This document shows positions 28,131 to 35,960 of a stretch of DNA of 64,000 nucleotides, piece by piece. This stretch comes from Myxococcales bacterium (lineage in GTDB: Bacteria > Myxococcota_A > UBA9160 > UBA4427), in NCBI GenBank assembly GCA_022563535.1, contig JADFNE010000005.1:46397-110396 (forward strand). Direction: 5' to 3'. A program made the translations under genes and the position numbers. Each line of letters begins with the position of its first letter. Position 1 is the stretch's first letter. A model generated the notes under the pieces. The model did not search any database, had not been told where the DNA came from, and saw nothing but the letters and a program-made list of their open reading frames with translations.

Positions 28131-28517
28131 ATGGAAATACTCAACCAACTCGACTTCGCCAAAAACGATGGCCTCGTCACCGCAATCGCCCAGGATCACT
28201 CCAGCGGAGAGATCCTCATGGTGGCCTTCATGAACGAAGAATCGTTCCGACTCACCGTCGAGACGGGCTCCGTGGTGTATTGGAGCCGCAGCCGCAAGAA
28301 GCTTTGGCGCAAGGGTGAGGAGAGCGGCAACACGCAGAAGCTCAAGTCGCTCTATATTGATTGCGACGGAGATGCGGTGTTGATGCAGGTCGAGCAGATC
28401 GGCGGAGCGGCCTGCCACACCGGCCGTCGCAATTGTTTTTTCCGCAAGCTCGACGGGGACACGTTCATCGACGTAGGGGTCAAGGTTTTCGATCCCGAAA
28501 AGGTCTACAAGAAATGA
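28131..28517 (+). CDS. hisI: Phosphoribosyl-AMP cyclohydrolase HisI (monofunctional)
   Basis: GLVTAIAQDHSSGEILMVAFMNEESFRLTVETGSVVYWSRSRKKLWRKGEESGNTQKL..IDCDGDAVLMQVEQIGGAACHTGRRNCFF. Confidence 0.9.
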   Translation: MEILNQLDFAKNDGLVTAIAQDHSSGEILMVAFMNEESFRLTVETGSVVYWSRSRKKLWRKGEESGNTQKLKSLYIDCDGDAVLMQVEQIGGAACHTGRRNCFFRKLDGDTFIDVGVKVFDPEKVYKK

Positions 28518-29416
28518 GCGACAAGACTTTTGCCGATCGCAGCCAGAAGAAGCTTCGTATCGGATTGCCCAAGGGCAGTCTCGAAGAGACCACCTTCAAG
28601 CTGCTTGCCCTGGCCGGGTTTTCGGTTCGCGTTGCGAGCCGCTCGTACTATCCCGAAATCGACGATCCCGAGATCGAGTGCATTCTGATTCGCCCCCAGG
28701 AGATGGCGCGCTATGTCGAACAGGGGGTGATGGATTGTGCGATTACCGGCGCCGACTGGGTGATCGAATCGGGTGCCGATGTCGAAGAAATCGCCGACCT
28801 CGAGGCACCCTGGCCCAACTACGTTCCGGTGCGCTGGATCCTGGCGGTAAAAGAGGGCTCGAAGTTCGAGAAGCCCGAGGACCTGCAGGGAAAACGGATT
28901 GCCTCAGAAGTGGTCGGAATGACCAAGCGGTACCTGGCCGCGAAGAACATCGAAGCCAAGGTCGAATTTTCCTGGGGCGCGACTGAAGTCAAGCCGCCGA
29001 TTCTCGCCGACGCGATCGTGGACGTCACCGAGACGGGATCGAGTCTGCGTGCGAACCGTCTCAAGGTGATCGATACGATTTTTGAAAGCACTCCGCGGCT
29101 GATCGCCTGCAAACAGTCCCTCGAAAACGAGTGGGTGCGGGGCAAGCTGGAACGCCTCACGCTGTTGCTCAACGGCGCAATTGCAGCCGCCTCTCGGGTC
29201 GGTCTCGCGATGAATGTTCCCCGGGACAAACTCGATCAGGTGTTGGCCCTGCTGCCCGCGCTCAATACTCCAACGGTGTCGACTTTGGCCGATCAAAACT
29301 GGGTCGACGTGAGCACCGTGGTCGAAGAACACCTGGTTCGCGAACTTCTGCCAAGGCTCGTCGAGGCGGGAGCCCGCGGCATTATCGAGTCCCCCCTGAA
29401 CAAGATCGTCGGCTGA
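28514..29416 (+). CDS. hisG: ATP phosphoribosyltransferase, long form (paralog 2)
   Basis: The ATG at 28514 overlaps the hisI stop (ATGA). LRIGLPKGSLEETTFKLLALAGF...DCAITGADWV...VTETGSSLRANRL, plus a HisG_C-like tail. Confidence 0.85.
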   Translation: MSDKTFADRSQKKLRIGLPKGSLEETTFKLLALAGFSVRVASRSYYPEIDDPEIECILIRPQEMARYVEQGVMDCAITGADWVIESGADVEEIADLEAPWPNYVPVRWILAVKEGSKFEKPEDLQGKRIASEVVGMTKRYLAAKNIEAKVEFSWGATEVKPPILADAIVDVTETGSSLRANRLKVIDTIFESTPRLIACKQSLENEWVRGKLERLTLLLNGAIAAASRVGLAMNVPRDKLDQVLALLPALNTPTVSTLADQNWVDVSTVVEEHLVRELLPRLVEAGARGIIESPLNKIVG

Positions 29417-29420
29417 AGCC

Positions 29421-29984
29421 GTGTTCCGCGTCGCATGGAGTTTACTCGGCGCGGTCTTTACCTACACCAAGATCGGTTGGTGGGGACTCGTCCTGCCGCG
29501 GATGCAAAAGCATCTCGTGGTGGCCCAGGCGATCGTGCACGGCGACGACGGCATCCTGCTCGCGGTGAGGCGTGATCTACAGGGGTGGGAACTCCCGGGC
29601 GGAAAGATCGAGGAAGGCGAGACCGCGGAAGCCGCAGTGTGTCGCGAAGTCCGAGAGGAGACGGGCCTCATTGTCGAAGTCGATCGATACGTGGGTGACT
29701 ACGTGCGCACCGGCTTTCGACCTCATACGGCCAAGATTTTTCTGTGTCGACAAGTAGGCGGGGCGTTCCAGACCAATTGGGAAACGCTCGATCTGCGCTG
29801 GTTTCCCCTCGAGTCGCTCCCCGACACCCTCTTCGGGTGGTTTCGTGAACCCCTGCGCGACGCGTTTTCCGGCTCGGCTCCGCCACCCGTAACCAAGACC
29901 AACCGCCAGGGAGTCCGCGAAATTCTGGCGGCCGTCCAGATCGACCTGCGAATGCGCATCTCCAACAACCAGGCAGGCTCCTAA
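29421..29984 (+). CDS. NUDIX hydrolase
   Basis: Nudix box GGKIEEGETAEAAVCREVREETGL. GTG start at 29421; an alternative ATG at 29502 (MQKHLVV) is possible. Confidence 0.8.
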   Translation: MFRVAWSLLGAVFTYTKIGWWGLVLPRMQKHLVVAQAIVHGDDGILLAVRRDLQGWELPGGKIEEGETAEAAVCREVREETGLIVEVDRYVGDYVRTGFRPHTAKIFLCRQVGGAFQTNWETLDLRWFPLESLPDTLFGWFREPLRDAFSGSAPPPVTKTNRQGVREILAAVQIDLRMRISNNQAGS

Positions 29985-32233
29985 ATTGAGGGCGGTTGGC
30001 CGATCGACGCGGGGTCGATTCTGTAGAGCGATAGATTTCCGTGTTGGTATGCGGGAGGATGGGCTACTCCCATTTCCGAGAGTTTGAGTTTGCACATGCG
30101 AAACTTGCGATGCGCAGACTTCGAACCGGAGTCCTTCCCCTTCAACAAAAACCAACGCACGTCGTTGCTGGTCAGGAACTGCGCGCGGTCCCGGTTCGTC
30201 CCCCGACAGAAGCCAGCGAGATCTCGCCAATTGAATCTGACCCCCGCCCCGAGTCGGCTGTTGAATAGCACTCGCTTTGTGGTGAAAGGCAGGACGCCCG
30301 CAGTCGGACCCTGAGGAATGATCCAGCTCTCCCCGTCTATTCGCCAGGTGTTCGATGGCACCAACACCCCTTCCGCATCATCGATGTGAGACTCGATGGC
30401 GCGCAAGTCGGCGAGATCGGCCGACGACACCGGCCCCCAGAAACTCTTGGCCGGATCGACGGATTCACTCTGGCCGTAAAGCAAGAAGGGGAGAATCGCG
30501 GCCAGTGCGGCGAATCCCGGGGTGATCCATGTCTTGGCGAAGAACGCTTCGACTCTCGCGCTTCGAGGGATCGCGGCAATCACCCAGCCAATGCTCGCGA
30601 GAAGGATCATCCCCTGGGCCACCAGCCCGACGTGACGGGTCGCGATTTCGCAATATTCGCGCAGGAGAACGAATTCGTATCCGCGACCTGGGGCGAGGCC
30701 TTCGCTGAAGTGTATTACCGCGATCTGTGCGAAGCCTCCAAACGACGCGCCGAGTGCGATCCCGAGCCACAAACCCATGGCCGCGCGGGCTTGCTGCGGC
30801 ATGTTTTCTTGCGAATGTTTGCGCATTGAAATTCGCATTGAAATTCGCATTGAAATCAAAGCCGTGGCGACGCTGATCCCGATGGCGAGGTGCACGGCGA
30901 TGCGGCCGGGGTCGCTGAATAGATCGTCGAAGAACGGGAAGCGCCAGCCCGCACCAAGCCAGCCGCGTGCGCCGTTCGCGAGAGAAAAGGCGAACAGGCG
31001 CAGCACGTCACTCCATTCTGCGTAGAGAACGGGTCGCAATTTTTCCACGACGAGTTCGTCGCTGGAGAGCAGTCCGAGTGATGCCGCCTGGTCGGGGGTC
31101 ATGATGCCGAAGAGATCGAGGAACCCCTGGCCCAGTCCCCCGAGCTGTGCGCTCCACTGGGCCACGATCCACGGGTCGCCAAGGGCGATGGCAAGCGGAA
31201 GACCGACTGCGACTGCAAGGGTCTTTGCGATGGGCAATGCAACGCGCGGCGCCGGCACAGGTGTCGCTGCAGCGCGAGAGAAGCCCCGCGAAATGAGCAA
31301 CACCGGAACGACGAACACCGCCAATTGCACCACGAGGACTGCATTCAATGCGAGCAGCAACAGCGCTGTGGCGGGAAGCATCGCCCATGAGAGCCAGCGC
31401 AGAGTCGGGCTCTGCAGAGCCCCGCCGGCTACGAACAAGAGGTACGGGAACATCAGGGCTGCACCCGAAGCAAAGCGCGGTGTGCCACCGAGATCGTATT
31501 CCGGGTAGATCATGCGACTGACCGCAAAGCTGTAGAACAGCAGGGCGCCGATCAGCAGCGCCGCGAGGATTCGGCTTCGACCTGGCTCTACGCCGTCGCG
31601 GCTGGCCTGCGCCCGGATCAGTTCCGCGAAGACCATGCACGGGAGAAATGCCTGAAGGAACGGCATGAGTTTGATCCAGGGCCCGAGCGGTCCGATTGCG
31701 CCAGCTGCGCTCCACTGGGCTGCCAGCAGGTGAAACGCTTTGGGGTAGAGGGCCAGAATGCGGGTGCCCCGCTCGACGAGTGGCAGATGGTTGGCGTCGA
31801 GAATCTGTGCGGTCCAGTAGATGTGTTGATGGGTGTCGAGGCCCAGCGCTCCGAGGTGCGACGACGAAGAGTAGACGAGGGCAACCTTCAACACGGCGGC
31901 GCTGCCTCCGAGCGCGAGCATCAACCCCTCGCGATCGATGCCGGGTCCGAAAAAGGATTCGTGTTCGCTTCGTCTCGCGGCAATTGCCAGGGCGACTGCT
32001 GTGCCCGTCCAGATCAAGACTCCAATGGGCAGCGAGTGGCCGACGAGTTGTTCGAGTCCGGCGTTCAGTGGCAAAATCAGATAGCCCGCAAACCACAGGA
32101 GCATCTGGGCGGCGTACACCGACGTGAAGGGCAGGGAGGAAAGCGGACGTGGGTGAAAGCGGCGAAGCAACAGGCTTCCCAGCAGCAGATGAACACCACC
32201 CGCAAGCGCAACCGAAAGTGCAAAGGGCGACAA
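29981..32233 (-). CDS. Large polytopic membrane protein of unknown function with C-terminal extracytoplasmic domain
   Basis: 750-aa ORF with many hydrophobic helices over the first ~560 aa and a soluble C-terminal ~170 aa. I cannot assign a family. Overlaps the NUDIX gene stop by 4 nt, tail to tail. Confidence 0.7.
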   Translation of the reverse strand: MSPFALSVALAGGVHLLLGSLLLRRFHPRPLSSLPFTSVYAAQMLLWFAGYLILPLNAGLEQLVGHSLPIGVLIWTGTAVALAIAARRSEHESFFGPGIDREGLMLALGGSAAVLKVALVYSSSSHLGALGLDTHQHIYWTAQILDANHLPLVERGTRILALYPKAFHLLAAQWSAAGAIGPLGPWIKLMPFLQAFLPCMVFAELIRAQASRDGVEPGRSRILAALLIGALLFYSFAVSRMIYPEYDLGGTPRFASGAALMFPYLLFVAGGALQSPTLRWLSWAMLPATALLLLALNAVLVVQLAVFVVPVLLISRGFSRAAATPVPAPRVALPIAKTLAVAVGLPLAIALGDPWIVAQWSAQLGGLGQGFLDLFGIMTPDQAASLGLLSSDELVVEKLRPVLYAEWSDVLRLFAFSLANGARGWLGAGWRFPFFDDLFSDPGRIAVHLAIGISVATALISMRISMRISMRKHSQENMPQQARAAMGLWLGIALGASFGGFAQIAVIHFSEGLAPGRGYEFVLLREYCEIATRHVGLVAQGMILLASIGWVIAAIPRSARVEAFFAKTWITPGFAALAAILPFLLYGQSESVDPAKSFWGPVSSADLADLRAIESHIDDAEGVLVPSNTWRIDGESWIIPQGPTAGVLPFTTKRVLFNSRLGAGVRFNWRDLAGFCRGTNRDRAQFLTSNDVRWFLLKGKDSGSKSAHRKFRMCKLKLSEMGVAHPPAYQHGNLSLYRIDPASIGQPPSI
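30822..30857 (-). repeat. AT-rich in-frame 12-bp tandem repeat cgcattgaaatt x3 (encodes ISMR x3)
   Basis: Read directly from the sequence. The protein shows ALISMRISMRISMRKHSQ. Confidence 0.9.
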
Positions 32234-32283
32234 GTAGCTAGGCCTCTCCCAGTTCGTTGACTGAGCCTACTGGGTTCTCAGAC

Positions 32284-32324
32284 ACAGAAAAGCCCCCGTC
32301 GGGGCCGTTCCCGACAAGGGCTTT
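32284..32324 (-). terminator. Rho-independent terminator candidate downstream of the 165-aa zinc-ribbon gene
   Basis: Stem aaagccc..gtcggg / cccgac..gggcttt (13 bp with a 2x2 internal mismatch, 6-nt loop). The minus-strand transcript ends GGGGGCUUUUCUGUG. Confidence 0.5.
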
Positions 32325-32430
32325 CTCTATTCCAGTCTCGGTCCAGCAGTTCCTTGGGAAAAATGATGGTGGATCCTGGATAGTACTACTTGTATGTCAG
32401 CGGCCCTTCCTGTCTGGCCGCCACAACTGT

Positions 32431-32928
32431 CTAGCGCCGCTGCTCTCGCAGTCCGCTGGCCTCCCACTCCTTACTGAGTTGCGCGAGCTTGCGTGAAAAT
32501 TCGTCGAAGGAATCGTCGAAGGACAAAATGATTTCGGTGGTGCGTGGAATATCGTCGCCGTTGAGGAGTCCGCGATATCGATTCAGGTTGGCCAAGATGG
32601 CTTCAGCAACTTTGAGGGCGCGCTTTTCGGTCTTGATCAGGGGAGACTGCAGGGTGTAGACGTTGTTGCGACCCCAGAGGCTTTCGTCGCGCACGATCCC
32701 GATCTCGCGGTAGACGCCGTTGATCGGATCGAAGTTGTACTCGACGCGAACCTCTTTGAAGATGTCGGAGTTGCCCGTATAGAAGCCGCGTTCTTTTTCG
32801 ACTTTGCCGAGTTGACGGCAACGGGGGCAGTAAAACGTATCACCGTGATTGAGCAGGAAGACACCCTTTGCGTAGTCTTCGCAATCGGTGTTCTCGCAAT
32901 AACCTACACCGCGTTTCATGCTTGCCAT
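32431..32928 (-). CDS. Orphan zinc-ribbon protein, unknown function
   Basis: MASMKRGVGYCENTDCEDYAKGVFLLNHGDTFYCPRCRQLG (Cx4C...CxxC) followed by a ~120-aa unassignable domain. The gene is visibly AT-richer than its neighbours but has coherent codon usage. Confidence 0.7.
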   Translation of the reverse strand: MASMKRGVGYCENTDCEDYAKGVFLLNHGDTFYCPRCRQLGKVEKERGFYTGNSDIFKEVRVEYNFDPINGVYREIGIVRDESLWGRNNVYTLQSPLIKTEKRALKVAEAILANLNRYRGLLNGDDIPRTTEIILSFDDSFDEFSRKLAQLSKEWEASGLREQRR

Positions 32929-33123
32929 CCTATGTTGGCCCTCTCCTGGCCCTGGGGTTTTTGGTGGCGCAAGGTGCTTTGTTCGCTCTGTTGGCTAAAT
33001 CCGCTCTGTGCTCGGGGCCGCATCAGTCTACTCTGCATGGTCCTTCCCGGGCAGTTGGAGGGAATGGAGAGCAAGCTGTGTGCCAATTGGCAATGGAATC
33101 TATGAACCCTTCGCACCAGTGCC

Positions 33124-33152
33124 GAGTTGGGAGTTGAGTTGCCAATGAGTTG
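33124..33152. repeat. Cluster of four GAGTTG hexamers
   Basis: Copies at 33124, 33131, 33136 and 33147. The adjacent 12-bp perfect palindrome TGCCAATTGGCA lies at 33081..33092. Confidence 0.6.
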
Positions 33153-33571
33153 CGCATAGAGATTTCTGTTGCGGCAGTACTTTTGACCCCTCATCTCGGC
33201 ACATTTGACGACCTAAACACTTCCTCCCCGGCTGCTGTGCAACCTTGATCACCCTCGCGATTGACCCATCGCGGCACCAGTGCCAAATCCTGCCTCGCGA
33301 TCGCTCTGATCGCGGTGCTGCCCCTTTCGGCGTTCGTCTCGATTTGCTGCGTGCTGAGCTGCGAGACTTCAGCTTTGCTTTCTTGCCTTGCTCCGCTTGT
33401 TCATGGTTGCGCACGGCAGATCAGCTGGATTGATGTCGACGACAGTGGTGCAGCTGTTGGTGTGGCCCGTGGTGCTCTTGTCGGGAGCGCCTCGAACCGC
33501 GGAACTCAGCTCTCCTTGGAGAAAGAGAAAGCCTGGGGGGAAATCTGGGTCACTGTAAGTGACGAGTCGAG

Positions 33572-33600
33572 CTTCCGGTCTCCTTCCGGTTGACTTCCGG
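33572..33600. promoter_or_regulatory. Three CTTCCGG heptamers phased at exactly 11 bp (candidate direct-repeat regulator binding array)
   Basis: CTTCCGG at 33572, 33583 and 33594. The 7-bp repeat plus 4-bp spacer architecture resembles OmpR/PhoB-type boxes. Confidence 0.35.
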
Positions 33601-33642
33601 AATTTGGCTCTATCAGCTTATACCTGCCTACCCTGCCTACTG

Positions 33643-33759
33643 TCAACCGCTATTTGATTTTCGACTCTTAGACAGGGAGTTGCACTCTCGAAGCAGGCTG
33701 ATTCCGTAGAGAACGAGCGGCAAAATGGTGACGGTATAGGCTGCGATCAGGTAGTTCAC
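33643..33759 (-). CDS. ccmD: Heme exporter protein CcmD (38 aa, below ORF-track cutoff)
   Basis: The GTG at 33759 overlaps the ccmC stop (GTGA). My hand translation gives VNYLIAAYTVTILPLVLYGISLLRECNSLSKSRKSNSG: a single TM helix with the size and position typical of CcmD. Confidence 0.6.
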   Translation of the reverse strand: MNYLIAAYTVTILPLVLYGISLLRECNSLSKSRKSNSG

Positions 33760-34508
33760 GACGCCTCCTCACCTGCGGCCAGGCCCTCGGCTTTGTCCCA
33801 TGCGGCCCGGGTGCGCAGGCTTTCGACCTCCCAGCGAAGCAACACCAGATAAGCAAAGACGAAGAACAGCGCGAGGTTGCCCATCAGGAAGGGCAGACCC
33901 ATGCCACTGCCGAGACTCCCTTGCTCGAGGTTTTCGGGGTGGATGGAGCGGTTGTCGAAAATTTCAATGATGTAGTAATTCAGCGGGATCAACACGACTC
34001 CCACGATCCCGTAGACCGCCGCAAAGCGCGCAGTTCTGGTGCCGCTCCCGCTAAAACTCCGCAGAAGCATGTAGGCCAGATAGATGAACCAGAGGAGCAG
34101 CGTTACGGTAAGCCTGGGATCCCAGGACCACCATTTACCCCACGTGCCCTTGGCCCAGATGGGTCCGGTCACGAGCATCAGGGTGCAAAAAAATACCCCG
34201 ACCTCGGTGGCCGCGATCGCCATGCGGTCAAAGTCTTCTCGATCCGTCCACAGGTAGAGCGCCCCACCGATCGCTGTGATGATGAAGCCCAGATAGGCGC
34301 CATAGGCCAGGGGGGGGTGGACGTAGAGAATCTTTTGGATGATGCCCTGCACGCTGTCGATCGGGGCCTGAACAACGGTCCATGCGTAAACCGCGAGCAG
34401 CAAAGCCAGCGGGCCGCCGAGCCAACCTCGAAGTCGAGCCACACCCAGCTCGAGGTTGGACCGCTGCGTCGTGGACTGCTCCTGGCTCGTCGGATCGTTC
34501 ATGAACAA
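33756..34508 (-). CDS. ccmC: Heme exporter protein CcmC
   Basis: WWD motif WAKGTWGKWWSWDPRLT. Multi-TM protein. Confidence 0.9.
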   Translation of the reverse strand: MFMNDPTSQEQSTTQRSNLELGVARLRGWLGGPLALLLAVYAWTVVQAPIDSVQGIIQKILYVHPPLAYGAYLGFIITAIGGALYLWTDREDFDRMAIAATEVGVFFCTLMLVTGPIWAKGTWGKWWSWDPRLTVTLLLWFIYLAYMLLRSFSGSGTRTARFAAVYGIVGVVLIPLNYYIIEIFDNRSIHPENLEQGSLGSGMGLPFLMGNLALFFVFAYLVLLRWEVESLRTRAAWDKAEGLAAGEEAS

Positions 34509-34569
34509 CCTCTGTTTTTCCTGACTTGCTTCGTATGCGCCGATCGCACGGGTTGACGAACTTTGGTTT

Positions 34570-35235
34570 TCACTCGTCGAGGATGTATTCGAAACCCAGA
34601 AACGAGACGACCAGATATATACCGTCGATTACCAGCAGCAGCTGAACGACTTCGAATGAAACGTTGCCCTCGACGATCAGCGAGTGGGTCCCCGCCACGA
34701 CACCGGCCAGCACCGGGAACAATGCCGGAAGTAGCAGGATCGGCAACAGCACCTCGCGCAGCCGAGTTCGCACACTCATCGCGGAAAACAGCGTGCCCGC
34801 GGTGCAGATTCCAAAGCTCCCCAGGGCGACAATGCCCGCCAGTTCGGGGGCGATTCCGAGCAAGTTGAGATCGAAGGCCAGGGCGAATGCAAAGGCCGTC
34901 GCGATCTGCACGATTCCGATCAGGCAGAAGTTTGCGAGCGCCTTGCCGACAAAGATCCAGCCTCGCTCGCCTGGAGCCAATGCGAGCCCGGACAGGGCGT
35001 CGTTTTCCAGCTCGAGGGCAAAGGATCGGTTGAGTCCGATGTTCGCCGCAAAGACATAGGCCACCCACAGGAGCCCGGCCGCGTTTTCCTCGACACCGGC
35101 CCGGGTGCCACTTGGCAGGGCGAAGTGAAAGACCACGACCACGAGCAAGGAGAAGAGCAACATCGCGATCACTCGGTCGCGAGAACGCCATTCGGTGAGC
35201 AGGTCCTTCCAGAGGATGGCGAGCGCAACGTTCAT
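34570..35235 (-). CDS. ccmB: Heme exporter protein CcmB
   Basis: MNVALAILWKDLLTEWRSRDRVIAMLLFSLLVVVVFHFAL; six-TM pattern. ATGA overlap with ccmA. Confidence 0.85.
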   Translation of the reverse strand: MNVALAILWKDLLTEWRSRDRVIAMLLFSLLVVVVFHFALPSGTRAGVEENAAGLLWVAYVFAANIGLNRSFALELENDALSGLALAPGERGWIFVGKALANFCLIGIVQIATAFAFALAFDLNLLGIAPELAGIVALGSFGICTAGTLFSAMSVRTRLREVLLPILLLPALFPVLAGVVAGTHSLIVEGNVSFEVVQLLLVIDGIYLVVSFLGFEYILDE

Positions 35236-35960
35236 GCACCGATTCCTCCCGCTTGTGCTGGACCGAGCACACTGGCTTCGAGATTCTCCGGGGTGATCTC
35301 CGCGCCGCTGGCCCGGAAGGCGACTTTGCCGCGAATCAGGGTGTCGACCCGGTCAGCCAGCTCTGCCGCCCGGCGCAGATCATGGGTGATCAGCACGAGT
35401 GCCCGGGACTGACTGCGCAGGGTATCGAGTCGAGCCGCCAGGCGATCGGCCGCTCGCCGGTCGAGCCCCGTGAAGGGTTCGTCCAGCAGGATGATCTGCG
35501 GATCGTGAATACACGCCCGGGCAATCGCGAGTCGCTGCGCCATCCCGCGCGAAAATGTTCCGACCCGAACCTCGGCCACTTCGAAGAGCCCCTCGGCTTC
35601 GAGCAGGGCATCCGCGCGCTCCCGCGCCCCGGTGACTCCATAGAGTTTCGCCGCAAACAGCAGATTCTCTCGGGCGCTCAATTCCGAATAGAGCAGCGTC
35701 GCGTGCCCGACATAACCGATGACCGACCGCGCCTTGCGGGGCTCGACTTCATTCCCCGTGCTTTCGACGAGTTTGACTTCGCCGCCGCTGGGCCGGGACA
35801 GCCCGGCGAGTATGCGCAGCAGCGTGGTCTTGCCCGCGCCATTGGGTCCGAGAATGGCGTGAATGGTTCCGCGACCCACTTCGAGATCGACTCCGCGCAA
35901 AGCGGCCAGGGCACCGAAGCGCTTGACCAATCCTCGGGCGCGTAGCGCCGCTTCGCTCAC
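35232..35960 (-). CDS. ccmA: Heme ABC exporter ATP-binding protein CcmA
   Basis: GLVKRFGALAALRGVDLEVGRGTIHAILGPNGAGKTTLL; FSRGMAQRLAIARA; ILLDEPFTGLD. GTG at 35960 overlaps the upstream stop (GTGA). The ORF track extends to 36068. Confidence 0.85.
   Translation of the reverse strand: MSEAALRARGLVKRFGALAALRGVDLEVGRGTIHAILGPNGAGKTTLLRILAGLSRPSGGEVKLVESTGNEVEPRKARSVIGYVGHATLLYSELSARENLLFAAKLYGVTGARERADALLEAEGLFEVAEVRVGTFSRGMAQRLAIARACIHDPQIILLDEPFTGLDRRAADRLAARLDTLRSQSRALVLITHDLRRAAELADRVDTLIRGKVAFRASGAEITPENLEASVLGPAQAGGIGA

Noticed and set aside
33100-33593. ORFs 33261..33593 (+, 110 aa, Cys-rich, TTG start) and 33100..33414 (-, 104 aa, Lys/Arg-rich) in the long spacer
   Set aside because: The two overlap each other and neither has a domain. 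The plus ORF shifts from GC-ending to T-ending codons halfway through, and the minus ORF looks like antisense junk. I did not report them as genes; a small Cys-rich peptide cannot be excluded.
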